A stretch of DNA of 64,000 bases from the human T2T-CHM13v2.0 reference genome, Homo sapiens, in assembly GCF_009914755.1 (NCBI RefSeq), contig NC_060930.1; one strand, 5' to 3'. Positions 27,601 through 41,100 of this stretch are shown here, piece by piece. A program made the position numbers and the translations under genes. The number at the start of each line of letters is the position of its first letter. Position 1 is the first letter of the stretch. The notes under the pieces were generated by a model. It saw nothing but the letters and a program-made list of their open reading frames with translations, searched no databases and had not been told where the DNA came from.

Positions 27601-30000
27601 GGTCCGCATTCTTTCTATCCCTTGCTCTCTGGATTTCCATTTCTTTCTTAGAGGTACAGTTGGCAAAGGAACAGTAGGAGAGGAATATCAAAAGTCTAAA
27701 CTCAAAGACCTGGGACGTTTCACTCTTCTGTGAGGATGGGTGGTGATGAGGGCAGCGGCGGGGTTTGGATGACAACAATAACGAAAGATTGATGGAGAGG
27801 ACAGCAATAGTGCTTGTTTGTTTTTTGGTGACGTGCTGAGCGGAAGCCATCTTCACACTGTGAGATGTAACAAAGAAATCCAAAGTGATTATGCAGGTTC
27901 ATTTGTCAGTATCACTGCTCCAGCTATTGCTGTGTGCAACAATGAGATGACAAGGCATTTATGGCTGATGGTTGGTTATTAGTGGCATTATAAGAAACAT
28001 TAGAGCAGAGTAGGATCCATAGACCAGGGAGACAATAGCTTTCTGGGCTCTGAACTCAGCAGGGTAGCCTTGTCATTAAATTTGGTAGTGCCAATTTAAT
28101 TTTCTTTTAAATAAACCTAGAAGAAACTTTGAAAATGAATTCTGTAGCCCCATTTTTACCTTAATAGGAACTGTCAGGATTTCAGTCCCTGGGCTCTTAG
28201 TTATGTGTTAGTAGGCTGAGCACATAGAGAAGACTCACATATTTTCAAAAGAATTGAATGCTAGTGGAAAAATCAGGACCAAATTTCAATTCTTTTCTAG
28301 ATGATTTTCTTGTGGTCCTTGAAACATTAAATTCTGATTTTAGTACAGTACCTAGGAACAAATTACTAAGCAGGTATTAGGGTCAGACCAACATTCTTAC
28401 TAATGAGTTTCTGATGAATTCTTTTCAGAAATAAGACACCTGGTTTACAGACTTAAAAGTGGGTAGCCCAGTTCATTGCGAAGCAAGGGGGCTGCATATA
28501 AAATAGAGACCTGAATTCCTTTGTGTTCATTCAGAGTTTGTCAGCCAGATTCCACTGATGCAAATAACCCTGAATTCACTGTGCGCATATATCTGGGCTT
28601 GGTATATGCAAAGGTGTATTTTTTTGATCCTCATACTTGTAGAAAGATTGTAAACAGAATAGAAATGAAAATACTCATCTGAAGAAGATCTTGGGTCACC
28701 CTAAGCCATTGAGAATATGCAGGAGAGATTTTTTTTTCCAAAAAGTTACTTCTTTTATTGACATTTTTATTCTAGAGCACTGTTAAAGCACTAATTAATT
28801 GTCAGACCAATTTCATTTAGTAGAAATTAGTAAGATAATTCTGCTGTTGGGCAAAGAAGGCATGGTGGTTTAAATAAACGTGGACAAGTTTGTAGTCATT
28901 AGCTAACTTACGACTCACAGCTTGGAAATATATTTCAGAACTTCTCTTATTTTTGCTCAAGACATTAGGTGTACACTCTTATTAGTTTTCAATGGCTTTC
29001 CTTTATACTACTGTGGACCATGAAAATAAAGTTTCTGCAATTACAAGGAAGATGGAGACACATTAGGCATCTCCTTTGAGAAGAAGATGGTCCCTAGAAG
29101 AACTAGAAGCCCTGAAAAAGTAACGAGGAAGGAAGAGAAGATCAGATAAGTGTGCTGTCTTCACTGGCGTATACCTTGTTACCTGCTAGAATTCAGGGTT
29201 CTGTGTTTTTATCTATCTTTAGGCAGGAGGCTGTAGAATTGACTGGGCTGGTAGAGTGAAGTGGCATGGAGCAAATTACCTTCATTTTGAGATATTCTTA
29301 TCCTAACAACTCGAGTGTGAGATGACATCGATGTATCACTTCTCTTGCACCAGCAGCATTCTTAACTTGTTGTGTTATTCCCAGATTACACATATCTTAA
29401 AAGTCAAATGTTCTCCTGATGGCAGAAAGCTTGATCTCTGACTTCCAGAAAAAAAGCAAAGGATTTTTTTTCCTTTTTGCTATAAGAGAGATGTGCAAAT
29501 ACCCAAATACTTTTGATTACCTTAAAAGAGTTAACACCTGGAACTGAACCATTGTGTTCACCGATGCTGGGCATAGAGAAAGTCTACATGAATTATAGAA
29601 GATATTTTTACAAAGTTTATTGGAGGAAATAAGAGATGGATCTAACTGGAAAGTGGACTCTTTCTTGGGGAGTGCCATTTCCCTGAGGGCTCAGTTTAGG
29701 AATTTCCTCTTTTGGAAGCCCTTCCTGATTCCTATGAGCTGGATTATAACTCTTTGCACTTTTCTGTGATTGCACTTAGTACATTTTATTATAATTATTT
29801 GTTTATATGGCTGTGCCCTTCTATTTGAGGACACAATAATAAGAAAAGAAAATAGGTACAAGTGTTTAAAATGGTTGTTCTTGTGAGCACAGCTTTAAAA
29901 TAAGAAAATGATTTAAATAAATCAATTTCAATCTTTTTATTATATTTTTCTTGTTCATCTTTTTAAGCTTCCTTCATTTTCTCCAGTTTTTCTCTGGTCT

Positions 30001-30290
30001 TTTTTTTTTTTTTTTGAAATGGAGTCTCATTCTATCACTCAGGCTGGAGTGCAGTGGCTCTGCTCACTGTAACCTCAACATCCTGAGCTCAAGCGATCCT
30101 CCCACCTCAGTCTTGAGAGTAGGTGGGACTACAGGCGTGTGCTACTAGGCCTGGCTAATCTTTGTATTTTTTGTAGAGATGGAGTCTTGCTATATTGCCC
30201 AGGCTGGTCTGGAACTCCTGAGCTCAAGTGATCCACCAGCCTTGGCCTCTCAAAGTGTGGGATTACAGGCCTAAGCCACCGCACCTGGCC
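30001..30290 (-). mobile_element. Full-length AluJ-like with TSD ctctggtctt
   Basis: Two arms with J-type ctcaagcgatcctccc; ends gccaccgcacctggcc; ctctggtct(t) on both sides. Confidence 0.95.
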
Positions 30291-30599
30291 TCCTCTGGTC
30301 TTATTCACAGAAAGTCTTAGAGACCTCCTCCACCTGTCATTGACCTTTAAGTGACTGATATCTAAAGGATACCAAAGAAAAGGTTTGTTTGTAGGAACAA
30401 AATTTAATGTTTCATCAGTCTTTTGTGTTTCAAAGTCATGCTATATAATATTATGAGAAAGTTTTTTGGGAACAGAAAATACTTGATTTTAGAAGTGACC
30501 AAGGTAAGTCCCTATAAGGAAGGAAAATGGAGACCCACACATTGCCACTTTTTGGAATTGCTTTCATGGGGTTTAAAATAAGATCCTATTTTAGTTAAA

Positions 30600-30830
30600 C
30601 AACTTGGATGGCATATGTGAAGTGCTGTGTAATTTACAACCCCCTCCATGTATATTTCATTAGATTTTTTTTTTCCCACAGCAATTCTATGAGCTAGATA
30701 GGGTAGGGAATATATTCCTATTGTGCAGAAGTGTAACCTGAGGTATAGAGAGTGTCTTGTCTATGGTCAAACAGGCAAGCAGTTGCTAAGTGACTGGGCC
30801 AATGCTTAACCTCTAGTCTTCCTGCTCTAG
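30600..30830 (-). mobile_element. MIR fragment
   Basis: cacagcaattctatgag...attgtgcagaagtgtaacctgagg...cttgtctatggtca. Confidence 0.5.
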
Positions 30831-31238
30831 TACTGCCATTCCAGATGCCAAAATGAGCTTTTCTATTTGCAAAGAGTTTACTAAATGTTATGGCATTATT
30901 ATAATTGCCACATTTTGCATTAGGAATTCCTCAGAAAAGGGAACTACATTATTCCATGAATGAATCTCAAACCTTGCCTTTTTAGTGCCTATTCCTAAAA
31001 GTAGACAAGCTTTTCTAGAGATGTACAGATGTTAAATGGAAGAAATAAAGTCACATTCATAATACAGATGACACTGGATTCAGGAGGAGCTCAATAGGCT
31101 GGATATAAACCTGCATGTAATTTCAAGTCAGAGAACCAAATAAAAATATTTCTAAAAGTAGTTATAAATGAAAAATACTGCCTTGACCATTCTGAAGAGA
31201 ATGAGTTAGTGGTCTTAAGGATGCAAGTGCAAAGCAAG

Positions 31239-31239
<1 letters not shown>

Positions 31240-31276
<37 letters not shown>
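31240..31276. repeat. (TG)18 microsatellite
   Basis: Perfect dinucleotide run. Confidence 0.97.
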
Positions 31277-31277
<1 letters not shown>

Positions 31278-31854
31278 AGCTTTGCCAAATTTTTGCCAGT
31301 GGTTCTAAATAGGAGAGTTATTGAGCAATCACAGTGAGGGTTCCAGCGTCCTACAGCTGGAATCTGTGCAGGTGCAGCTTTCTGGTTGCAGGCCAGCATT
31401 TTTTTTGCACTACTGCTGGCAGTAACCATTTTAAAATAGAAACATGATTGTACTTTATTTTAATATTTCTCCCTTCCATTTTTTCCCCTACTGTAAATCA
31501 ATTCTGCTCTGAGCATAACGTCCTTGCCAAGGTTTCGGGTAACAGGTTAAGCCCACTGGCTGAGGCTCTTTTCAGCAGTTGGAAACACAATGAGTAAGTA
31601 TACTGCCAGTTGGTATGGTACACGTGACTGAATGAGAAAATGTTAACCACACAAAGCAAACTTTTCTTGGGCTTTTGTGACATTCGGAGATGAACTATTT
31701 CACTACTCCCAACACCATGGCAGGTAGCAGGCATATGTTAACTACGTGATCATAGTTCTCCTGGTTTGCTGTCTTACCCTATGGGTTCTGGGAAGATTGT
31801 AATATATATGAAGTCATTGGGTGTCAAACAGATCTCTCTGCAGAATTGTAATTA

Positions 31855-32110
31855 AAGAAGCTTACACTTGCGTAGCACTTATCTGTTCCAGACACTATTC
31901 TAAAATCTTTACATGTATTAACTCATTAAATCCTCGCACCAACTCTAAGAGAAGGTACTATTCTTATGTGATTTTTATAAATGGGGAAACTGAGGCACAA
32001 AGAAATCAAGTAACTTGCCCCAGGTCCTATAGATAATAAGGGCAGGGGGAGCCAGGATTTGAATTTAGGGAGTCTAGGGTTAGAGTCTGTGCTGCTTACC
32101 ACGTGGCTAC
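31855..32110 (-). mobile_element. Near full-length MIR
   Basis: tttacatgtattaactcattaaatcctc...aaatggggaaactgaggcacaaagaaatcaagtaacttgcccc...gagccaggatttgaa. Confidence 0.9.
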
Positions 32111-33360
32111 ATAGGATTCCGTTTTGGAATTTTAAGGCTATCTAATTTCACAACAAGCCAAGGTCAACTTCCCCACTCCCTTCAGGTGCTGTTTGTATAC
32201 ATGTCTATCTCCTCGAGTAAACTGCGAGCTGTGTAAAGGTAAAGGCTGGGCTTTTAATCTTTATATCTGCTCTTGCCATCTAGAACTAGACTTTTCTATA
32301 ATAAGTATTCAACAAGATACCTGAAGCAGACATTTCAGGGATTCGAAAAGAATATGTGCCAGAATGTTTGATTATAGTACAGAAGATCAAAATAATTAGG
32401 AGATTTGTTTTAAAGTTCAAATACAGTAAGTTCAGCATCAAGTGAGTGTCAATTTGTAGCACATTTTCCCACAGGACCAGGCCTCATGTAGTTTCCTACC
32501 GGATCTTAAAAAGACACAACCACATTTTCTGTTCTTTGTAACATACATACAAGCCAATTGTTGCTATGCAGGAGTAAGCATCCTTAGCGGTGTTTTTTTC
32601 CTGTTGGATGACATGGTCTTTGCTTTTGAAATAACCCTGTCTTCAGTTAGTCTCCTTAGAGCCTGGCTTTGTCAATAAGGACATCTTGACTTAGTTCTTT
32701 GGAATACTTATAATAAACCCCAGTTACCCATAACTGATAATAGTTTTCCAAAACAGCTAGTTTTTGCTCCTGGTTCTGTGACCTTAGGTATCGGTAGAAA
32801 TGACTGACCTTGCATGTTCCTAGAAGAGGTCACCAGGTCTGCCCTTTTCTGGTAAGCCATTAGAGATGCCAAATCTCTATTAGAACCCATGTATTTCATT
32901 TTTCTGTCAAGTTTTATAATTGGAGAATACTCATTGAAAACTAAAGGTTGTAAATGGAAAGTCTTGCTTAATACTGTAGAAGACAGACAAAGCAGTGAAT
33001 TGGGAACTTAGAGTTTGTGATTTCAGTTCCAGATTTCTGGCTAAGTGGCTAGCCAGGGGACCCTGAGCAATCAAAATGAGATAAGTTTCCTCATTACACT
33101 AGAGAGTGAAATTAGATAGCGCCTTTTCAATTCTCTTCTTCTAATCTAGTCTGTGTAAGAAATCCCGTCTTCTCTGTATCCTGATCACCATAACTTTCCA
33201 CCGAAGATCTTGACGGAAAGAGAACTTTAATAGGAAGTGTAAGTTTGTTTTGGTAAGTAAAATCCTTACCATTGACAAGTTGAACCATGACAAGTGTTGA
33301 AACTTTCAGGAAGCTGTTGATGGATTTCCCATGAACAAATTTAGATTTTGGATTTTACTA

Positions 33361-33399
33361 TTAGGTTGGTGCAAAAGTAATTGCAGCTTTCGCCATTAC
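33361..33399. mobile_element. Half Made1 (Hsmar1-derived mariner MITE)
   Basis: TA plus ttaggttggtgcaaaagtaattgcagctttcgccattac matches one Made1 arm. Confidence 0.88.
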
Positions 33400-33617
33400 A
33401 GTATTTACAGTACCATAAATTAAATTAATTTTAGAATTAAAAGTTAAAGGAAGGTTTCTTCCTCTACTGGTAACTTTTTGAATGATCTTAAGAATGTGTG
33501 CATGCTTATGGTTGCTAAGGAAGCTTCTAATTCTGTTTATTTGAAGCAGTACTAATATTACTGTGACTCCACTTGGAAATGGACACCGTCTACCTTCACA
33601 TGTTTGTTCTCCAAATC

Positions 33618-33767
33618 TTTGCTACTCAAAGTGTGATTATAGACCACCAGCATCAGCATCACCTGGCAGTGTGTTAGAAGTGCAGAACTACTGAATCAGA
33701 AGTGGAATTTTAACAAGATCCCTAGGTGATTTGTGCTCACATTAGTGTTTGAGATGTGCTGCTCTAA
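33618..33767. mobile_element. MER5A DNA transposon with an internal deletion
   Basis: gctactcaaagtgtg...accagcatcagcatcacctgg...tactgaatcagaa...ttttaacaagatccctaggtgatt. Confidence 0.85.
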
Positions 33768-33896
33768 ATCACTCAGATTGCTGAAAGTTTTTTTCTCTTA
33801 AAATCTCACAATGTTCTGTTTAATGTGGGGCTACCTGAATCAAAATTTATTAGTATGCAAGAAACTCCGATCTTGAGCTTGATTTCATTACTGAAA

Positions 33897-33927
33897 GTGT
33901 GCGTGTGTGTGTGTGTGTGTGTGTGTA
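33897..33927. repeat. (TG)n microsatellite
   Basis: Near-perfect dinucleotide run. Confidence 0.93.
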
Positions 33928-35544
33928 GTAGGAGGAGTAGTAGTAGTGGAGAAGAATATAGCATTATCTTCAACCCATAGAAGGATGATGGTTTCTCAGA
34001 TTGGCACAGGCCCACAGGAACATTTGGGTTTAGGGTGTGTTATCACTCAGTCTATTCAAGTTGCACATAGAGAGGCATAGCCAAGAAAGTAGAACTGTGG
34101 AGGAAAGCTGTGTATATGAGGGGCCATATGTGATCCAATGCTCAGCATAGGGTTAGAGTTGAAGAACTATTCAAAAAGTAAGGAGCAATTAAAAGCCATG
34201 GTCACCCATCCTGCGATGTTGTAAATCTTTCATTGTTAATCAGCTAGCCTTATAGAGTATTATTTCACTCTCTTAATTTTTGTAGTTAAGGCTTTTACAA
34301 AGGCAGTGTACTCTCATGAGCCATGGGGTGTGTTCTGACTCCTCTGCTAAGTGAGGAAAGAACAATGGGAAGGCTGCCTGCCCATTAGCATACTAGGTCC
34401 TTTTTTTGATGACCTCCTCACTCCAGTTTCAGATTTATCTTTTTTTGTTTCTTTTTTGTCACTGCTTTGACAGATATTCAGTCTCTCTTGGTGCTCCTGA
34501 GACCTGGCCTTACCTCTCAGGTGCCTGCTGCTTGTTCTCTCTTTCACTCCTCACCATTCTTCCACCCTTAAAGCTCACTCTCCATTTTCTCTCAAATTGT
34601 GATATGCAAAGTGACTTGCAAGGCTTGAGCATCTCTCTCTGTCTCTGTAATATCTGAATTTGGACAACAACAATTAAAAATCTTGACTTTCTCTAAGTAA
34701 TTGCCTCTGCTGGGGTCTTTCAGGCATTAATACAGGTGAGTGGAGGAGATAATATTAAGGGAGAAGGGTAGCAGCCTGTTCTCAATGCCTCTTAAACCCT
34801 CTGCCTGGATGTTACCCCCTTTGTGCCGGGCCCAGGTGTCTGATATAGCCAAACAGAGAGTGGGAAGCTTGCTTCATGAAAGTTAAAATGTAAGGTCTTA
34901 AGAGCATAAGAAACACTAAGTTTACATTGAAGACGGTCACTGTAGACTATGGATATATATCTTTGACCACACTTCGTATTGGAACACTAAGATAGAAGAG
35001 CATTAAGTGGAGTAGGCTATGGACCTAGGGCAAGTTGGCCTCCGAGGATGGTGATGAATGAGAGGCTGAGAAGCAATTCAGTGACTCCTGGGGATGGACT
35101 CTACTCTCCCACTGACTGGTGCTCAGTTGGGCTTGAGGATCAGAAGTAAGATGTATATTCATTATTTCCATTAATAACCTAGAGATGGTTTGTATATGTC
35201 AATGTATGTTTTCTTCCTTTGTCCAAAGCAGGAAAAGGCTTACACAATCTGGCAAAACCCTTCCCTGAGCAGGCAGTGAATTGACGTGAGTCATTCCCCA
35301 CTAAGGACTCTGGAGTCCAGGGAAATGGGCTGTGTCTGCCTTTTCCCCCTTTGGCCATGTTACCCCAATACATTTCTAAACTTGAGTAGATAAATTGGGG
35401 TCTTAATCTGATCTTGCAGTGAAGTTGTGTGTGTGGCTTCTGCCTGACATTCATGGCCCATCTGAGATGCTGAACTCTTCAGTCTTGAAGAGAATTATTT
35501 GGCTATGTACATTTAGAAAATATCTACATAGTTAAAAGATAGCA

Positions 35545-35750
35545 GACACGTATTGAGTGTTTACCAGGTTGAATACTATCTGAATTATTCGGCACAGCTT
35601 CCATATGAGGCAAATACTACTTTCCCCATTTTACAACTAAAGAAGCTGAAAGAAAGGTTCAAACTTGCCTAGAAATCACCAGGCACAATAAAGTTGTTTT
35701 ACTTAGCCAGATTGTTTTACTCCAAAGCCTATGCCTTAAACATCTATGCT
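35545..35750 (-). mobile_element. MIR fragment
   Basis: tattgagtgtttacc...tccccattttacaactaaagaagctga...aacttgcc...actccaaagcc. Confidence 0.65.
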
Positions 35751-36239
35751 ACTCAAATCAGAAAATGATCTTGTGTAACTTTCCTCTGTTGGTATAGAAT
35801 ATTTTTCTCCTTATTATATGGATTACATTAAGACACTTGCAACAAAAATTCTTAGCCCTCATTATTTTAGTTCACTCTAGGGTCACTTCTCATTCAATTC
35901 TTCATATGTCCATCTCTGGGCATTTCTATGTCTGAAAAGTTTTCAAGAAGGTGACCTATGCTGTCAGGAAACCTCCCCCTGCTCTTTCTTTTCATTTTTG
36001 GAAGCAATTATACCTTTCACTCAAGGCTAACAAAGTTAATGTAATTTATTTTAAATGGTTCATTTGGCTTGGAAACCACTTGGATATTTCTATTGAATAC
36101 ATTTCAGAATAAACATATTTGGAGAAAAAAATCTACATTCAACAAGTATTTGAGTTTCTACTTTTTTTTTTTTTGGTAAGACCCTGAGTTGAGAACTATG
36201 GAGCATGCAACATTCAGTACAAAGTTCTGTGACCAGAGG

Positions 36240-36670
36240 TGTGATGATAAATTTTGTGTGTCCACTTGCCTGGCCCACAGGATACCCAGACGTTTGGTCA
36301 AGCATATTTTGGGTGTGTCTGTGAGGCTATTTCTGGATGAGATTAACATTTGAATCAGTAGACTGAATAAAGAAGATTGCCCTCCCTAAGTCAGTTGAAG
36401 ATCTGAATAGAATGAAAAGGCTGAGGAAGAATCTCAAATTGGGCATCAAAGTAACTGATGCCCAATTACTTTGAACTGGAACATTGATCTTTTTCTGCCT
36501 TCAGACTGGAACTACTGTTTTGACTCTTCTTGGGTCTCAAGTCTGTAGACTTTTTGACTGGAATGACACAGTTGGCTCTCCTGAGTCTCCCATCTGCCCA
36601 CTACAGATCTTGAGACTTCTCAGCTTCTATAATTGCATGAGCCAATTCCTTGTAATGAATCTTTGTTTAC
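36240..36670 (+). mobile_element. ERVL LTR (MLT2D-like), lacking its 3' end
   Basis: tgtgatgataaattttgtgtgtccacttg...tttctggatgagattaacatttgaatcagtagactg...gcatgagccaattcc. Confidence 0.85.
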
Positions 36671-36675
36671 ATTAT

Positions 36676-37245
36676 ACTATGATGATTAAATTTATGTATC
36701 AACTTGACTAGGTTGAGGGATGCCCAGATAGCTGATAAGACATTATTTCTGAGTGTGATTGTGAGAGTGTTACTGGAAGAGATTTTCATTTGCATCAGTG
36801 GACTGAGTTAAATAGATCTGCCCTCACCAATGTGAGTGGGCATCAATCAATCCATTGACTGTCCAAATAGAGCAAAAAAGCAACAGAATGGCGAATTCTC
36901 TCTCTTCGTAAGCCAGGACATCCATTTTCTCTTGCCGTCAGACATCAAAGCTTCTGGTTCTTGGGCTTTCAGACTCCAGGATTATCAGGCTTTTGGCCTT
37001 GAACTGGGAGTTACAATATTGGCTTGCCTTGTTGTTAGGCCTTTGGACTCTGAATTACAGTGTGGACTTTCCTGGTGTTCTAGCTCACAAACGACATATG
37101 GTGGGACTTCTTGGCCTCCATAATCATGTGAACCAATTCCCATAATACATTTCCATATATATATATGTATAATGTATGTATATGTATATATATATATATT
37201 TATTTCCTATAGGTTTTATTTCTGCAGAGAATCCTGACTAATACA
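36676..37245 (+). mobile_element. ERVL LTR (MLT2B-like)
   Basis: tatcaacttgactaggttgagggatgcccagatagctg...ccctcaccaatgtgagtgggca...(TA)n...gagaatcctgactaataca. Confidence 0.85.
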
Positions 37246-37789
37246 CCAAGTGTTGCCAAACACACTCTCCAAACACATCCTTTTCTATGGAAATTGTCTG
37301 TGCTTGGAAGTCAACTTACCCAAGATGGATTAGATGAATTTCAAATAGGTTTTGTTTAATGAGTTTTGTAGGTATAAATCATGTAACAAGTCAGTCTGGG
37401 GAAATATACAATATCAATAATAATTGGACATACTTCAGTTGGTACATTGGACAAAAACCTCTTCATAGGGATCTTTCTGTAAGAGCTGTGACAAGTCTGA
37501 AAATCGGAGACAGTATTTCTATTGTTTTCTGAGCTTCAAAAGGAAGGAAGATGTTAAATGCCAAGTGTCAGGCCCCAGAGGAGGAATCATTGTTGACTAA
37601 CTGATTGCAGGCCAAAACTTCTCTGGTTTGCGAAGATGATTTTTTTAATGTCTCTGAGTATGACTGTGATAGAGTTTCCATATAAGAAGTATAGAAAAGA
37701 AAACGTGTTTTCCTATGGACTTGGAGGCTGATTTTTCTAATGAACATAAGCCTTGCCTTTTCAGAATTATCAATTTCATTCTAATATAA

Positions 37790-38000
37790 CTTTGGTTTTA
37801 ATTCAGTGGAATTCATACAACATAAAATTAACCGTTTTAAAGTAAACAATTCAGCAGCATTTAGTGTATTCATCTCTATCTAGTTCCAAACATTTTCATC
37901 ACCCCAAAAGGAAACTCCATACTTCTTAGAGTTGCTCCTGGTTCCTACCTCTCCATACCCCAACCCCTAGAAACTCTATGGATTTATCTATTCTAATCTG
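37790..38000 (-). mobile_element. L1M 3' UTR fragment
   Basis: catacaacataaaattaaccgttttaaagt...aacattttcatcaccccaaaag. Confidence 0.7.
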
Positions 38001-38114
38001 CTTTTAAAATAGTATTCTGTACAAAGAAAAGCTCACAGCATAGAACATAAGTTATGTAATGGAAGGAGTATATTTAACTTACAGATAGTTTTAATATTTG
38101 TTACAGGTACTTAT

Positions 38115-41100
38115 AGAATTTTTATTTTTATTGTTTAGTTTCCTTTTTAAATATATGACTGACAAGAAGTAATTGTACAGGTTTATGGCATACAATGTGA
38201 TGTGATATTTTAATACATGTATAAATTGTGTAATGATCACATCATGGTAATTAGCATATTTGTCCTCTTAACCATTTATCTGTTCTTTGTGATGAGAACA
38301 TTTAAAAAGCTCATTTCTAGCTATTTTGAAATATACAACATATCGTTAACTCTAGTCACCTTACTGTGCAATAGACCCCCAGAACTTATTCCTGCTATCT
38401 AACTGTAGTTTTGTACCCATTGACTAATCTCTCACCTTCCCGCTTTCTCCCCTCCATCCTCCCCTCCACCATTCTACTCTCTACTTCTATAAGAACAACT
38501 TATTGGATTCCACATATAAAGGAGATCATGCAGTATTTGTCTTTCTCTGTCTGGTTTATTTCACTTAACGTAATGTCCTTGAGGTTCATCCATATTGCTG
38601 CAAATAACAGAATTTCTTTCATTTTTATGGCCGAATAGTATTCCATTATGTGTATGTACTGTGTATGTACCACATTTTCTTTATCCATTCTCTATTAATG
38701 AACATTTATGTTGATTCTGTATCTTGACTATTGCGAATGCTGCTGCAATAAACATGAGATGCAGATATCTCTTCAACAAACTGATTTCATTTCCTTTGGA
38801 TGTGTGCCCAGTAATGGGATAGCTGGATCCTATGTTAGTTCTATTTTGAGTATTTCGAGGAATCTTCATACTGTTTTCTGTAATGGGTGTACTAGTTTAC
38901 ATTTCTACCATAAGTCCATAAGTGTAGAGTTTTATCTACACCCTCATCAATGCTTGTTATCTTTTGATTTTTTTGATAGTAGCCATTCTAACTGGAGTGA
39001 GGTGATATCTCATTGTGGTTTTGATTTGCACCTCCCTGATTAGTAATGTTGGGCACTTTTTCATAAAACAACTGTTGGCCATTTGTATGTCTTCTTTTGA
39101 GAAATGTCTATTCAGGTTTTTTGCCCATTTTTAAATTGAGTTAGTTAAATTTTTGTTGTTGAGCTGTTTGAATTCCTTGTATGTTTTGGATATTAGCACT
39201 TTATTAGATGTATAGTTTGCAAATATAGTTGCCCATTCTGTAGGTTATTTTTGCTCTGTTGATGGTTTCCTTGCTATACAGAAGCATTTTAATTTGATGT
39301 AATCCTACTTGTCTACATTTGCTTTTGTTGCCTGTACTTTTGAGGTTTTATTAAAAAAATATAATTGCCTGTACCAATGTCATGGAGGTTTCCCCTAGTA
39401 TTTTCTTCTAATAGTTTCAGCTTTTACATTTAAGTTTTCAATCTTATTATGAGTTTTGTTGTAAGTTGTCATAGGTAAGGGCCTAGTTTCATTCTTCTGC
39501 AGATAATATCCAGTTTTCTCAGCACCATTTATTGGAGGCCATTCTTTCCTCATTGTGTGTACTTGGCATCTTTGTAAAAGATCAGTTGGCTGTAGATGTG
39601 AAGATTTATTTCTGGGCGCTCTGTTCTGTTCCATTGGTCTGTGTGTCTGTTTTTATGCCAGTAGTGTGCTGTTTTGGTTACTATATAGCTTTGTAGTATG
39701 TTTCAAAGTCAGGTAGTGTGATGCTTCCAGTTTTGCTCTTTTTGGTCAAGATTTACTTTGGCTATTTGGAGCCTTTTGGGATTCCATATAAATTTGTGGA
39801 TTTTTTTTCTATTTCTGTGAAAAATGTCATTGGTCTTTTGATAGGAATTGAATCTGTACATCATTTTGGGTAGTATGGACATTTTAACAACATTAATTCT
39901 TTCAATCCATAAGCAAGGGATACTTTTCCATTTTTGTGTGTGCGTTCTATTTCTTTCATCAACATTTTAGTCTTAATTGTAGAGATCTTTAGCTTCCTTG
40001 ATTAAATTTACTTCGAGATATTTTTGTGGTTTTTGTAAAAAAGATTGCTTTTTCAGATAAATTTGCTATTGGCATATAGAAATACTACTGATTTTTGTAT
40101 TTTGATTTTGTATCATATATCTTTGCTGAATTTGTTTATTAGTTCTAACAGTTTTTTTGTCAGAGTCTTTGAGGTTTTCTTTACATAAGATTATGTCATC
40201 TACAAACAGAGACAGCCTCTTTTCCAATTTGGATACCTTTATTTCTCTTGCCTGGTTGCTTCGACTTCCAGCCCTATGTTGAATATAAGAGGTGAAAGTG
40301 AGCATCTTTATCTTTTTCCAGATCTTAGAGAGAAAACTTCCAGCTTTTCCCCATTCAGCATGATGTTAGATTTGGGTTTGTTATATATAACCTTTATTAT
40401 GTTCCTTCTATGCCTAATTTGTTGAAAGTTTTTGTCATGAAGGGGTATTGAATTTTATCATGTTTTTCCTGAATCTATTGAGATGATAATATGGTTTTGT
40501 CCTTCATTCTTTTAATGTGATGTACTATGTTTATTGATTTGTATATGTTGAACCATCCTTGCATCCCAGGGATGAATCCCACTTGATCATGGTGAATAAT
40601 CTTTTTGATGTGCTGTTAGATTTGATTTGTTAGTATTTTGTTGAGGATTTTTGACTTTATGTTCATTAGAGATATTGGCCTGTAGTTTTCTTTTTTGTCG
40701 TGTCCTTGTCTGGTTTTGGTATTATAGTAATGCTAACCTCTTCAAATGAGTTTGGAAGAATACTTTACTCTTCAAATTTTTGGAGTAATTTTAGCAGAAT
40801 TGGTATTAGTTCTTCTTTAAAAGTTTGGTAGAATGCAATAATGAAGCCATCAGGATCTGGGCTTTTTTTTGATAGGAGACTTTTTATTACTGATTCAATT
40901 TTGATACTCATTATTGGTCTGTTCGGATTTTCTCTTTCTTTGTGGTTCAATCTTGGTAGGTTGTATGTGTCTGGGAATTTATCAATTTCTTCTAAGTTTT
41001 CCAATTAGTTTGCATCTAGTTGTTCATAATAGTCTTTAATTATCTTTTGTATTTCTGTGATGTCAGTTTTAATTATTTCTTTTTTGTCTCTTATTTTATT

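Noticed and set aside
27440-27883. Longest ORF in the window (147 aa, minus strand)
   Set aside because: No similarity to any protein I recognise and no supporting exon structure
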